A stretch of DNA of 60,667 nt, the filler included. It is 4 parts of 4 records of this genome, joined end to end, with 100 filler letters (N's around TTAATTAATTAA, not from the genome) between each part and the next. Parts side by side here need not be neighbours in the genome. Positions count along the whole stretch, not along the records: positions 15,153 to 42,793 come from SRR20825019_1233; 3 more parts are not named here. One strand, given 5' to 3'. Positions 18,155-28,201 of the stretch are shown in pieces (within the stretch, counting starts at the first letter, position 1; every line of letters begins with the position of its first letter). A model generated the notes under the pieces. That model saw nothing but the letters and a program-made list of their open reading frames with translations. It did no database searches and had not been told where the DNA came from. A program made the translations under genes and the position numbers.

Positions 18155-19144
18155 TCAGCGGGCCCCGCAGTCCAGGACCAGTTTACCCCGAACGTGCCCA
18201 CCCTCCAGCAAGCGGTGGGCATCAGCGACCTGATCCAGCGGGAAGGCCTTGTCGATATGGACACGCACCTCGCCGTCCTCGATCAGTTCGGCGATCTCAT
18301 CGAGATGAAACACATCGGGGCGGACGGTCATGCCATGGGCTCTCAACCCAAGGGACTCAGCCGCGGTTATGATCTCATCTGCCGTCACGGTGGGAATCGT
18401 GACCAGTACGCCGTGCTCACTCAGGGTGTGCAGGGAACGCTTGCCCGCTTCGCCGCCGACCAGATCCAGCACCACGTCCAGACCATAGCACTCGTCTACA
18501 ACGTCGGTGGTGTGGTAATCAATCACCTCATGGACGCCAAAAGCCGCCAGGAAATCGCGATTACTGGCTGAAGCAGTGGCGATCACATGGGCGCCCCGTT
18601 CAAGCGCAAACTGCACGGCGAAATGCCCGACTCCGCCAGCACCGGCGTGAATCAGCACTTTCTGACCAGCCTCCAGTTCCGCCACTTCGAACAATGCCTG
18701 CCAGGCGGTCAACGCGGCCAGCGGCAAAGCGCCGGCAGTCATCAGGTCCAGTTCCTCGGGCACAATGGCCAACTCGTCGGCGCGAGCCACTGCGTATTGG
18801 GAATAACCTCCTCCGCCAGCCGGGAAGCCCACCATGCCCATCACCCGATCGCCTGGCGCCAACGTCGTCACGTCAGCACCAACCGCAATCACTTCGCCCG
18901 AAACATCGTAGCCGGGCGTCCATGGCAGGTGGTCTTCAATCTGCCGGGCGGCAAATCCCAGGCCTTTCCGCGTCTTCCAGTCGATGGGGTTCAACCCCGC
19001 GCCCGCCACCCTGAGCAAAACTTCCTCGGCGCCCGGCTCGGGGATGGTGGAACTTTCGATCCGCAGTACGTCAGTATCGCCAAAGTGGTCATAGACCACG
19101 TGACGCATGGCATGACCAGAATTCGGATCAACGGTGTTTTCCAT
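18155..19144 (-). CDS. NADP-dependent oxidoreductase (MDR/quinone oxidoreductase)
   Basis: GLNPIDWK, PGYDVSG, HAGAGGVG and RGKLVL. Confidence 0.9.
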   Translation of the reverse strand: MENTVDPNSGHAMRHVVYDHFGDTDVLRIESSTIPEPGAEEVLLRVAGAGLNPIDWKTRKGLGFAARQIEDHLPWTPGYDVSGEVIAVGADVTTLAPGDRVMGMVGFPAGGGGYSQYAVARADELAIVPEELDLMTAGALPLAALTAWQALFEVAELEAGQKVLIHAGAGGVGHFAVQFALERGAHVIATASASNRDFLAAFGVHEVIDYHTTDVVDECYGLDVVLDLVGGEAGKRSLHTLSEHGVLVTIPTVTADEIITAAESLGLRAHGMTVRPDVFHLDEIAELIEDGEVRVHIDKAFPLDQVADAHRLLEGGHVRGKLVLDCGAR

Positions 19145-19199
19145 GGGGCTCTCCAGACAGCTTCAGGGACAGGATCATTTGTTCAGACTAGCAGAATCC

Positions 19200-19676
19200 T
19201 CAAGGTGTGGTATCAAAGCCGCGACCACCGGGCACCATCGCTCCACCGAGGATGTCGGCGTATTCCGCAGGCATCCGCGAGGGCCTCTGGCTCTTCATGT
19301 TGACACAGGCATGGGTGGATACCGCGCGCACCAGGGTCTTGCCATCGGATTCACGCACCAGTTGGAATTGCCGCGCCGAGCGAAAGCGCCCATCGAACCC
19401 AGTCAGCCAGGTGCCCAGCACCAGCCGGTCGCCGGCATTGGCGGACGCCAGGTAATCGATTTCAGTACGGGTAATGGCCATGGCTTTGCCGGTTTTTTCA
19501 TGCAGCTCCCAGGTCATGCCGAGGCTGTCGATGTGCTGCCAGCTGATATCTTCAAGCCAGCGCACGTACACCACGTTATTGGCGTGCCCGAGCTTGTCAG
19601 TGTCCGCGTCCCGGACGTCGATGGTCATGGTGAATGGTTCGGGAAGATCCCAGTTCACCGGATCAAACTCACTCAT
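19200..19676 (-). CDS. Acyl-CoA thioesterase (4HBT family)
   Basis: DTDKLGHANNVVY hotdog-fold motif. Confidence 0.9.
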   Translation of the reverse strand: MSEFDPVNWDLPEPFTMTIDVRDADTDKLGHANNVVYVRWLEDISWQHIDSLGMTWELHEKTGKAMAITRTEIDYLASANAGDRLVLGTWLTGFDGRFRSARQFQLVRESDGKTLVRAVSTHACVNMKSQRPSRMPAEYADILGGAMVPGGRGFDTTP

Positions 19677-20760
19677 TGTCGCTGTCTCCCAACCCCGGAA
19701 TAGCCGACAAGGCTAGCCGGCCGATGCGGTCGTTGTGAAGTGAACCAAAGTAGAGGTGACCGTCATGGGGGTTGACCGACGTGATCTCCCGCAGATGGGT
19801 ACCCTTGGTGTCGTGAAGACTGGTAATCACGCTGCCGTCCGCGTCCATGGCCACTACCAGCCCGTATTCCTGGGGCTTCGGCTTGAAGTAATCTGGCAGT
19901 TTGGCCAGCAGGTCTTTCAGCCATGGCTGCCGATGCAGGGCATCCACCTGGGCATTCCGGAGCGTGGGAAACGCAACCCAGTAGCGGCCCTCGTGGTCGA
20001 CCGCCAGGTTGTCGGGGAACCCGGGCAGGTTGTCGGCAAACACTTCCGCCTGTCCGGGATAGCGGCCACCGATCCAGTACTTGAGGATTCGATACTTCCA
20101 GGTTTCATTCACCAACAGGTACTCGCCGTCCGGCGACACCGCCACACCATTGGCAAAATGCAGGTTGCTGAGCAACACCTCGGTTTTACCGGTGGCCGGA
20201 TCATAACGAAGCAGGCGACCGTGAGGGCGCATCTCAAGCAAATCCAGCTGATACTCAGGCTGACGGAATCGCGAACTGGCATCCGTAAAGTAGATGCGGC
20301 CGTCCGGGGCAATATCCACATCGTCGGTGAAACGGAATGGCAAGCCTTCTGCCTCTCGGGTCAGTACGGTGACGGTCTTGTCCGGCGCTATGGAGAGAAG
20401 CCCCTTCCAGGCATCCGCCACGATGAGATTGCCGTGGCGATCAAACACCATCCCCAACGGCCGGCCTCCGGTTTCCAGCCACTTCTCCGTCTGGCCATCC
20501 GGTTTGACCCGGACGATCCAGCCATCCTGCGTGCCAGTGTAGAGAATACCGTCGTCATCCACCGTGGTGTCTTCAGGGCCGTACACCTCTCCCCTGGCCA
20601 GCAGGTCTGCCAGTCTCAGGCGTTCGTTGGGCGCCAGCTTACCGGTCAATGGCTGCGGCGAAGGGGCGTTCCAGGCCTGGCTATTAATGGGAGATGGCGA
20701 CAACAGGAAGCCCCCCAGCACCAAAAAACCAATCAGCAATGCGCCCAGAAGCCACTTCAT
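19669..20760 (-). CDS. Strictosidine synthase-like / SMP-30 family protein
   Basis: GPED, GGRPLG, IYFTDAS, FANGV and LPGFPDN; N-terminal membrane anchor. Confidence 0.9.
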   Translation of the reverse strand: MKWLLGALLIGFLVLGGFLLSPSPINSQAWNAPSPQPLTGKLAPNERLRLADLLARGEVYGPEDTTVDDDGILYTGTQDGWIVRVKPDGQTEKWLETGGRPLGMVFDRHGNLIVADAWKGLLSIAPDKTVTVLTREAEGLPFRFTDDVDIAPDGRIYFTDASSRFRQPEYQLDLLEMRPHGRLLRYDPATGKTEVLLSNLHFANGVAVSPDGEYLLVNETWKYRILKYWIGGRYPGQAEVFADNLPGFPDNLAVDHEGRYWVAFPTLRNAQVDALHRQPWLKDLLAKLPDYFKPKPQEYGLVVAMDADGSVITSLHDTKGTHLREITSVNPHDGHLYFGSLHNDRIGRLALSAIPGLGDSDNE

Positions 20761-20851
20761 AGAGGATGCCTGTTCCTGTCAGATACGATTCCGTAACCTT
20801 ATCAGACACCCGCCAGCGGCTAAACTGGCAGGTACCCGCCGCTACCAGGCG

Positions 20852-21643
20852 CTAATCCGTGAGGAAACGACGACACAGTGCCGCAAAGCTGTCGGGTTTC
20901 TCTGCGTGCAACCAGTGCCCTGTGCCGTTGATGATTCGCAAATCCGCTGCGGGAAAGCGCTGACGGATGTCGTCGCGGTGTTTCTCCTGGATATAGGCCG
21001 AATCGGCCCCCTTGATAAACAATACCGGACCTTCAAACGGCCCGCTCCCCTCCGGTGCCTGCGCAAGGCGGGGATAACATTGCTCTATCACCGGCAGGTT
21101 CAGCCGCCAGCGGTACGGTCCGGGATGCTGGCCTTGTTCGTCATCCCCCACCCGCACTAGGTTCTTCAGCAGGAACTGCCTGACACCAAGCTCCTCTACA
21201 TGTTCCGCCAGCACCCTGTCGGCATCCTGTCGCGTGCGGATAGAGCCCAGATCCACTGAGGTCAGCCCCTCCAGCACCGCATCATGACGGGGTTTATAGG
21301 TCACCGGTGCGATATCCGCCACGATAATTCGCTCAACCCGGCCCGGAGCTTGCAATGCCACCTGCATCGCGGTCTTTCCGCCCATGGAGTGCCCCAGAAT
21401 AGACGCCTTTTCCAGCCCCTGAGCATCCATGTAAGCCAACACATCGTCGGCCATAGCCGGGTAATCCATGGTGTCGGTATGGGGGGAAGCGCCGTGATTG
21501 CGCTGATCCAGAGCATGAATCTGCCACTGGTCCTGCAGGCGACGGGTGATGCCTCCCAGATTTTCCAGCGAGCCAAACAGGCCATGGAGAAGGATCAATG
21601 GCGGGCCTTCGCCGGTAATGCGGTAATTGAGTTCAACACTCAT
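20852..21643 (-). CDS. ybfF: Alpha/beta hydrolase esterase, YbfF-like
   Basis: LHGLFGS, DQRNHG, GHSMGGK, DIAPV and GHWLHAEKP. AGGAGG spacing favours ATG 21643. Confidence 0.8.
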   Translation of the reverse strand: MSVELNYRITGEGPPLILLHGLFGSLENLGGITRRLQDQWQIHALDQRNHGASPHTDTMDYPAMADDVLAYMDAQGLEKASILGHSMGGKTAMQVALQAPGRVERIIVADIAPVTYKPRHDAVLEGLTSVDLGSIRTRQDADRVLAEHVEELGVRQFLLKNLVRVGDDEQGQHPGPYRWRLNLPVIEQCYPRLAQAPEGSGPFEGPVLFIKGADSAYIQEKHRDDIRQRFPAADLRIINGTGHWLHAEKPDSFAALCRRFLTD

Positions 21644-21782
21644 GGTCATGACCTCCTGGAGTCGCCGGACAGGTTCGTGTGAGAACGGGCTGCTATCGTT
21701 AAGCCGACTACATTACCATCGAATGTTATTGGAACAAGGGCAAGCCGCAGGCTTGCCCGACAACCGGTCAGATAATTCAGGC

Positions 21783-21810
21783 AAAAAAAAGCCGGGGTCT
21801 CCCCCGGCTC
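21783..21810 (-). terminator. Rho-independent terminator after the small ORF
   Basis: Minus strand AGCCGGGG-GAGA-CCCCGGC then T8. Confidence 0.85.
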
Positions 21811-21836
21811 AGGTCATAAACGTTTGCTGAAACTGA

Positions 21837-21929
21837 TTAGCAGTAGTACATGCTGTTCAGGTACTCAGCCAAAGCGGCAATATTGGAGCGCTCCAGCTCG
21901 TTATGGGGCACAAAAATTTCCAGTTCCAT
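21837..21929 (-). CDS. Unannotated 30-aa small protein MELEIFVPHNELERSNIAALAEYLNSMYYC
   Basis: SD GGAGGT 6 nt before the ATG, an open 31-codon frame, and a terminator about 26 nt after TAA. Too short for the supplied ORF track. Confidence 0.7.
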   Translation of the reverse strand: MELEIFVPHNELERSNIAALAEYLNSMYYC

Positions 21930-22005
21930 GAAAACACCTCCAATCCAGATGTGCGAGTGAGAATCCTCGATGACTTAATGCTATCGTTGTTAGGACAATA
22001 AACCG

Positions 22006-22032
22006 TTGACAGGCTGTCCCACAGGTTTGACA
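22006..22032. promoter_or_regulatory. Direct repeat TTGACA-N15-TTGACA (21-bp period) in the divergent promoter region
   Basis: TTGACA at 22006 and 22027. Could be AraC-family half-sites or -35 hexamers for the araC gene. Confidence 0.4.
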
Positions 22033-22076
22033 TTTTGTATCAGCACCGATGAATTCCTGTTAACCCTCAATCATAG

Positions 22077-23141
22077 GTGACCGTGAACTCACCCCAGGCA
22101 AAAGCCACCACATCGCCACTGGTTGCAGCCTCGAGCACGCTGGCCCTGGTTCATTACCTGGACCGCCAGGGCGTGCTGGACATCCCCACCGTTGAGCGGA
22201 TCGCCGGGTTCAACAAAAACGAGCTGGCAGACCCGGACCTGCGCATTCCGGCCGAGCGCCATTACCGCCTGTGGGAACACGCTGAAAAGGTCACCGGAGA
22301 CCCTGCCGTTGGCCTCCATGCCGGCCAGGTGGTCGATCCTGACCGAATGGGCCTGGTCGGCCACGTGTTTTTCAATTGCGACACTCTCGGCGAGGCCGTT
22401 ACCCAGTATGTTCGCCTGCACCGGTTGATTAACGAATCCGTGATCCTGAGTTTTGAACAAACCGGCGAGCAGGCCATCCTGACCTGGCAGGCGGACACCC
22501 CCGGGCACTACTGTCGCCAGGATATGGACCGGACGCTGGCGGCGGCTCTATGCCGCACCCGGCATTTCATCCACCCATCCATCGTTGCCGAGTGGGCCGA
22601 GATCGCCCACCCGAAACCGGGCTATGCCGATGAATACCAGCGATTACTGGGTGGCCCGGTGTTTTTTGGCTGTGGTGCAACTCGCCTGGCCTTCAGTAGC
22701 CACCACCTGAGCCATCCGATTCCCCATCGCAACCCCTACGTTTATTCCGCCGTGCTGAAGCAGGTCAACGCAGTGCTGGCCCGGCTGCAAAGCAGGCGTA
22801 CCTTCGGCCGCAAGATCCGGCGACTGATTTCACGCCAGATGTCCACCGATCGCATCGACGCCGACACACTGGCGAAACAGTGCCATATGAGCCGACAAAC
22901 CCTATATCGACGGTTAAAGAAAGAAGGGCTTGGATTTCACGAGCTGGTGGAGGAAGTCCGCAAGGACAAAGCCATGCGCTACGTGGCGTCGGACCACTAC
23001 GCATTGGGCGAAATCGCTTTCCTGCTGGGTTTTTCCGAGCTCAGCGCCTTCAGCCGCGCGTTCAAGCGCTGGACCGGGATGGCACCGGCCCAGTACCGCG
23101 CCCGCCACCTGAACATCGACAATGGAGACGCGCCGGAATGA
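22077..23141 (+). CDS. AraC-family transcriptional regulator (OruR-like N-terminal domain)
   Basis: C-terminal MSRQTLYRRLK and IAFLLGFSELSAFSRAFKRWTG double HTH. Confidence 0.92.
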   Translation: MTVNSPQAKATTSPLVAASSTLALVHYLDRQGVLDIPTVERIAGFNKNELADPDLRIPAERHYRLWEHAEKVTGDPAVGLHAGQVVDPDRMGLVGHVFFNCDTLGEAVTQYVRLHRLINESVILSFEQTGEQAILTWQADTPGHYCRQDMDRTLAAALCRTRHFIHPSIVAEWAEIAHPKPGYADEYQRLLGGPVFFGCGATRLAFSSHHLSHPIPHRNPYVYSAVLKQVNAVLARLQSRRTFGRKIRRLISRQMSTDRIDADTLAKQCHMSRQTLYRRLKKEGLGFHELVEEVRKDKAMRYVASDHYALGEIAFLLGFSELSAFSRAFKRWTGMAPAQYRARHLNIDNGDAPE

Positions 23142-24574
23142 GTATCGCTGACGTGCCCTGGCTGCCCCTCGCACTGGCCCTGATCTACCTGGCCGCGGCT
23201 GCCTGCATCTATCGGATACTGATGACCTACCGCGTGGCACAGGGAGCCATCGCCTGGATTCTGGCACTGATCGGCCTGCCCTATGTCGCCGTTCCCATGT
23301 TCCTGTTGTTCGGACGCAACCGGTTCGGCGGCTATATCAGGGCCAGACGCACCGGCGACGCCGCACTGACGGAACTGCTCAACCATTTCGAACAGCAGAC
23401 GGCAGCGGTCAGCAAACGCAACGATGAACATGTTCCGGACGAACTCCAGGTCCTCTGCAAGCTGGGCCGACAGCCGTTTACCACCGGGAATCGATGCGAC
23501 CTCCTCAAGAATGGGGAAGCCACCTTTGAGGCGCTGTTCGATGCCATGGAAAACGCCCGACACTACATTCTCCTGGAGTTCTACATTGTTCGCTCCGACA
23601 AGGTCGGCCAACGCATCAAGTCGATCCTGAAACGCAAGCTGGCCCAGGGCGTTCAGGTCTGGTTCCTCTATGACGACATTGGCAGTGTCTGGCTACCGCG
23701 GAAGTACCTCCGGGAACTGGCCGCCGCCGGTGCAAAGGTTGCCTCGTTCGGAGACGGCAATTTTCGTCGCATGCGCCTGCAGGTCAACTTCCGCAATCAT
23801 CGGAAACTGCTGGTCTGTGATGGTGAGGTCGGATTTGTCGGAGGCATCAACCTCGGCGACGAGTATCTGGGCACTGCCATGGACGAGGAGCCCTGGCGTG
23901 ACAGCCACTGCCGCATTACCGGCCCGGCGGTGACCGGGCTGCAACTGGCCTGGCTCGAGGACTGGAACTGGGCCAGTGAGGACTTCCCGACGCTCAACTG
24001 GACGCCTTCCCAACCGAAGCCTGGCAACCAGGAAGTTCTGATTCTGCCCACCGGCCCGGCGGATACCTACGAAACCTGCACGCTGTTTTTCCTCAATTGC
24101 ATTAACAATGCCCGTACGCGGATCTGGATCGCCTCACCGTATTTCGTGCCCGACGTTCAGATCATGAACGCCCTGCAACTGGCGGCCCTGCGGGGTGTGG
24201 ACGTGCGAATCATTATCCCCGAGAAATCTGACAGCCGGCTGATCCGACTGGCTGCGTACTCATACCTGGTACAGGCATGCCGCGCCGGCATTGGCATCTA
24301 TCGCTACCAGCCGGGCTTCATGCATCAGAAAGTCGTATTGGTGGATGACCGCTACGCGGCCATCGGCACCGCCAACCTGGACAACCGCTCGATGCGACTG
24401 AACTTCGAGATAACCGCCATCAGTACCGCCGTTGAGTTTGTGAGCGGCATTGAACATCTGCTGGAACAGGATCTCACCACCAGTCGACTGATGACGGAAC
24501 GGGATTACCGGGACCGTTCTGTGGCCTTCCGGTTGACGTGCCGCACCATACGGTTGCTTGGCCCCCTGCTCTGA
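23138..24574 (+). CDS. cls: Cardiolipin synthase
   Basis: Two HKD motifs (RNHRKLLVCDG, MHQKVVLVDD), SPYFVP and two N-terminal TM segments. ATGA overlap with araC. Confidence 0.92.
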   Translation: MSIADVPWLPLALALIYLAAAACIYRILMTYRVAQGAIAWILALIGLPYVAVPMFLLFGRNRFGGYIRARRTGDAALTELLNHFEQQTAAVSKRNDEHVPDELQVLCKLGRQPFTTGNRCDLLKNGEATFEALFDAMENARHYILLEFYIVRSDKVGQRIKSILKRKLAQGVQVWFLYDDIGSVWLPRKYLRELAAAGAKVASFGDGNFRRMRLQVNFRNHRKLLVCDGEVGFVGGINLGDEYLGTAMDEEPWRDSHCRITGPAVTGLQLAWLEDWNWASEDFPTLNWTPSQPKPGNQEVLILPTGPADTYETCTLFFLNCINNARTRIWIASPYFVPDVQIMNALQLAALRGVDVRIIIPEKSDSRLIRLAAYSYLVQACRAGIGIYRYQPGFMHQKVVLVDDRYAAIGTANLDNRSMRLNFEITAISTAVEFVSGIEHLLEQDLTTSRLMTERDYRDRSVAFRLTCRTIRLLGPLL

Positions 24575-24682
24575 AACCCTCCACCAGGGCCTGGCCCGTT
24601 TTGGTGTGCCCATTTTCCATACGCAAAGAATGTGAGAGTATTCCAGAACCATTGAGCCAGCATGCTGTAACGAAGCAGGACC

Positions 24683-25357
24683 ATGACCACATTCAAGCCT
24701 CGCGAAACCCTGACCGAACAGGTCGCCCGTCACATCGAAAACCTCATCGCTTTCGGTCAGCTTCGCTCCGGCGAACGCATCTACGAAAGCGCCATGGCAA
24801 AGCAAATGGACGTAAGCCACGGGTCGATCCGCGAAGGCTTGCTGCTGCTTGAAAAACGCCATCTGGTACAGAACGTGCCCCGCAAGGGCGCATTCGTTAC
24901 GCCGCTGGACGACTATTTTGTACGCAGCCTGTACGAAGTGCTGCAACTGTACCTGACCCATACCGGTCGCAAGCTGGTGCGGCAGTGGCAGGCAGCCGAC
25001 ATGGACAAACTCGAATCCCTCTACCAGCGTATGAAAGGCTGCCATGACAATAACGACCTGCTGGCGTTTCTGGAGCTGGGCATAGAGTACACTCAGGCCT
25101 CACTGGCCTATGCCGACAACTATTTCATCATTTCCGCCATTGAGGATCTGTGGCCATCGGCAAAACGTTGCGCCTTTGTGGCGTTCCAGCGTGGTGGCAA
25201 CCGGGTGCTGGAAGACAACCTGGCCCATGTGCGGGAATCGATCGGTGCGATCAAGGAACGGGACGAGGAACGTCTTGCGGCCATTCTGGCCGGGTACGCG
25301 GAACAACAGTGTCAGCAGGTGCTTGACGCTATTCACAGCGCATCGGCTACGGCTTGA
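24683..25357 (+). CDS. GntR-family regulator (FCD type)
   Basis: GERIYESAMAKQMDVSHGSIREGL...PRKGAFV winged HTH. Confidence 0.9.
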   Translation: MTTFKPRETLTEQVARHIENLIAFGQLRSGERIYESAMAKQMDVSHGSIREGLLLLEKRHLVQNVPRKGAFVTPLDDYFVRSLYEVLQLYLTHTGRKLVRQWQAADMDKLESLYQRMKGCHDNNDLLAFLELGIEYTQASLAYADNYFIISAIEDLWPSAKRCAFVAFQRGGNRVLEDNLAHVRESIGAIKERDEERLAAILAGYAEQQCQQVLDAIHSASATA

Positions 25358-25369
25358 GCAACGGGCGGC

Positions 25370-27574
25370 TCATTCAAACAGCCGGGTAAACGAAAAGCCG
25401 ACGTTGAGGTAGGCACTCCAGTCATCCCGGTTGTTGTAGGCCGTGGCAATCTGCACCGGTCCCAGGAAGGTTTCAACGCCGGCAAACAGGCTCCCAGAGC
25501 GCAACAGGTTGTTCCAGCGGGCCTCCCCCAGCGAGGACCAGGCGTTACCAGTCTCGAACCCGGCTCCGGCAAACCAGGGCACAAACGGCCCGCCAAATTC
25601 CTGCCGGACAAAGACGCCTGCCAGAGCCGCATCCTCTCCCGCCACTTCGCCCTGGCTGTATGCCGATAGCCGGTGAAAGCCGCCCAGCAGTACTGAATTC
25701 TCGATGCCGGCAACGCCCTTGGTGACCGCGTTGGCATACAACAGGCCGGTGATACTCGCCCGTCTCCAGCTTGCGGTGCCCAGGGCCATGACGGTGACCG
25801 AATCAAAATGACGGTCGGACCCAAGGCCCGGGCGCTCGAACCGGCCACGGATGCCGGCGAACCCGCCGGACTCCGGCAGGAAGGTATCGTCGAGGGAGTC
25901 GTGAACAAGCTGGAGCCGGAGACTGCCACTCTGGATGGAGCCGGAGGGCGCCATCGGTGCGCCGATCTGCTCGTCGACGGTGGCGTAGCCCCGCACATAC
26001 TCAAGACGCACCTCTCCGTTTACACCCAGTTCGGTACCCAGGGCCAGATCCACCTGGCGATTGGTGATATCCACTTCGGTTATGCGCTCGCCTTCGCCAT
26101 CGAACGCACTCAGGCTTTCACGGGAATAGGCACCGCCCAGCGTGAGGAATCTTTCGAAACCATAGTCCAGTGGCTGGAACCATTCGGTTCGAACCCGGGG
26201 CTGGGTGCCCAACTGAAGCCCGGTCGTCCACTCACCGCCCAGGGCATTCAGCCCCGTCATCCGCAACGACGTGGCGACATTAAACCGGGTATCGTTCTCG
26301 AAATTGTCTTCGTAGTTCAGGCCAAAGGACAGGTAGTTCGGCCCCCAGCTTTTCTCGCGAACCCGAATAACCAGGTCCGTGCCGGGGCCGTCGGTCGGCA
26401 CCAGCGAATAGGAAACGGTTTCATAGTAGCCAAGACCGTAAATACGCTTGAGATCCTCCTCCAGTGCATCCACATCCAGAGGCTCACCCGTCTGCTGGCG
26501 TATGCGCTCACGAAGGAAATCCCCCGCCAGGCGAGAACGGTCGTCAATGCGAATATCGGTGATAACGCCCGGGTTGAACGAGTGCGCCTTCAGGCGACCG
26601 CGAAATCGATCCCACTCATCATCACTGACGCTCAGATGACGAAGTTCCCCTGCGTGACCACGAGCACTGCTGGCGCCCAGCTCAAACAGCGCCGGAGCCT
26701 CATAGAAATCTGCTGAGGACAAGCCCTGCAGATCCGGTCGCATCAGGATGTCCTGATCATCCAGCAACTTGAGCTGCCGCTCGGTGTTTTGCCGCGTCAT
26801 CATGGTGGTCAACTGACCAACCACAGAGAACGCCTCGCGTATGTCCTCCCGCTCCAACAGGGGATCGGTGATGTCCACGGCAATGACAATGTCGGCCCCA
26901 AGCTCATGGGCCACGCTGACCGGCAGGTTATTGGCCACACCTCCATCCACCAGCAAACGCCCATTCAGTGTGACCGGCGCATAGACGCCGGGAATACTCA
27001 TGCTGGCGCGGATCGCTTCCGACAGGTTGCCACTGCCGATCACCACTTCCTCGCCGGTTTCCAGGTCCGTGGCGACGGCCCTGAACGGGATGGCCAGTTC
27101 ATCAAAATCTTCAACCAGGGCTGCATCACGGGTGAGCTCATTGAGGATAAAACCGAGGTTCTGACCGGCGATGATACCGCCCCCCAAATGCAGACCGTCC
27201 ATGCGCACACCGATGCCGGGCGAGACCGGGTAGCGCCAGTCCTGACGCTTGCGCCTGACAGGCTTGTAGGCACGGCCCGGGTCGTCACGAAAACTGGACA
27301 CCCAGTCCATCTCGATAAAGCGCTCTTCAATCTCCTGGACCTCCATACCAGAGGCATAGAGTGCCCCAACCGCGGAGCCGGCACTGGTGCCCACCACAAT
27401 GTCCACGGGCACCTTCAATTCTTCCAGCACTCGCAGCACACCCACATGGGCCATACCCTTGGCCCCTCCGCCGCTTAGCACCAGGCCCACTTTCGGCCGC
27501 CCTACGTCGGCCATAAGGGGCATAGCTGCGAGCACGGCAAGCAGGAGGGCGGTCAATCTGGCTGTTAACATCAT
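25370..27574 (-). CDS. Patatin-like phospholipase with POTRA and beta-barrel (PlpD-like)
   Basis: Signal peptide, GGGAKG, GTSAG, DGG, a POTRA-like segment (RIYGLGYYETV) and C-terminal barrel strands. Confidence 0.85.
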   Translation of the reverse strand: MMLTARLTALLLAVLAAMPLMADVGRPKVGLVLSGGGAKGMAHVGVLRVLEELKVPVDIVVGTSAGSAVGALYASGMEVQEIEERFIEMDWVSSFRDDPGRAYKPVRRKRQDWRYPVSPGIGVRMDGLHLGGGIIAGQNLGFILNELTRDAALVEDFDELAIPFRAVATDLETGEEVVIGSGNLSEAIRASMSIPGVYAPVTLNGRLLVDGGVANNLPVSVAHELGADIVIAVDITDPLLEREDIREAFSVVGQLTTMMTRQNTERQLKLLDDQDILMRPDLQGLSSADFYEAPALFELGASSARGHAGELRHLSVSDDEWDRFRGRLKAHSFNPGVITDIRIDDRSRLAGDFLRERIRQQTGEPLDVDALEEDLKRIYGLGYYETVSYSLVPTDGPGTDLVIRVREKSWGPNYLSFGLNYEDNFENDTRFNVATSLRMTGLNALGGEWTTGLQLGTQPRVRTEWFQPLDYGFERFLTLGGAYSRESLSAFDGEGERITEVDITNRQVDLALGTELGVNGEVRLEYVRGYATVDEQIGAPMAPSGSIQSGSLRLQLVHDSLDDTFLPESGGFAGIRGRFERPGLGSDRHFDSVTVMALGTASWRRASITGLLYANAVTKGVAGIENSVLLGGFHRLSAYSQGEVAGEDAALAGVFVRQEFGGPFVPWFAGAGFETGNAWSSLGEARWNNLLRSGSLFAGVETFLGPVQIATAYNNRDDWSAYLNVGFSFTRLFE

Positions 27575-27586
27575 CCCGTCCGACTG

Positions 27587-28201
27587 TCAGGCATCGTCTG
27601 TGGGATCCTCGTCCGCCAGGGACAGGTGAGAGACATCAGGTACAACCGGTGGTGGAACCTCACGCTTCACGCCCAGGTCACTGCCCGGAGGCGCCAGTGT
27701 CCAGTCGTCCAAATGCTGGAACATGGGAGCGGGAGCCTCCCGGTGTTCCTCAAGCGTGACGCCAACGGGGTCAAGTGTCAGCCCGGACCCGGAAAGAATG
27801 CTGTCGACTTTATCGCCCGCCACTGGCAAGCGGTCGCCCGGCTCCACGGCAACGGCGCTCCCGGACCCGGCATCAGTACCCGCTGCCCCTGCTGGGGGTG
27901 TTGCAGGGGCAGGTTTTGGCTCAGCCTGTGGTTGAGCGGCGGGCGCCGCGCGCTCGGCTGCAGAGGCAACGGCGCCCTCCATGGGCTGCACATAAGCCAC
28001 CATGCCGTGCTTTTGCAGCACCGCGCGGTACTTTTCCGCCTGGACTTCCTCCAGTTTGTTGCGGATAACGACTGGCTGACCGCTGAACATACGCTCAATC
28101 TGGTCCACCGTTGCCTTGAACAGGGTTCTGGCATTACTGCGGGCGGTTGCCGGGTCGGTTCCCGGTGTGCATTCACCTTTGAAGACGAGTTGGAACATCA
28201 T
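27587..28201 (-). CDS. Hypothetical protein (FQLVFKGE N-domain, Ala/Pro linker, LAPPGSDL motif)
   Basis: Open frame with coding-like codon usage. Start ATG 28201 after GAGG. Confidence 0.75.
   Translation of the reverse strand: MMFQLVFKGECTPGTDPATARSNARTLFKATVDQIERMFSGQPVVIRNKLEEVQAEKYRAVLQKHGMVAYVQPMEGAVASAAERAAPAAQPQAEPKPAPATPPAGAAGTDAGSGSAVAVEPGDRLPVAGDKVDSILSGSGLTLDPVGVTLEEHREAPAPMFQHLDDWTLAPPGSDLGVKREVPPPVVPDVSHLSLADEDPTDDA

Noticed and set aside
21837-21929. 30-aa peptide as a RiPP precursor or attenuator leader
   Set aside because: No modifying enzymes or transporter are nearby and there is no regulatory codon run. The terminator is followed by a separate region of about 140 bp before ybfF, which could hold its own promoter.
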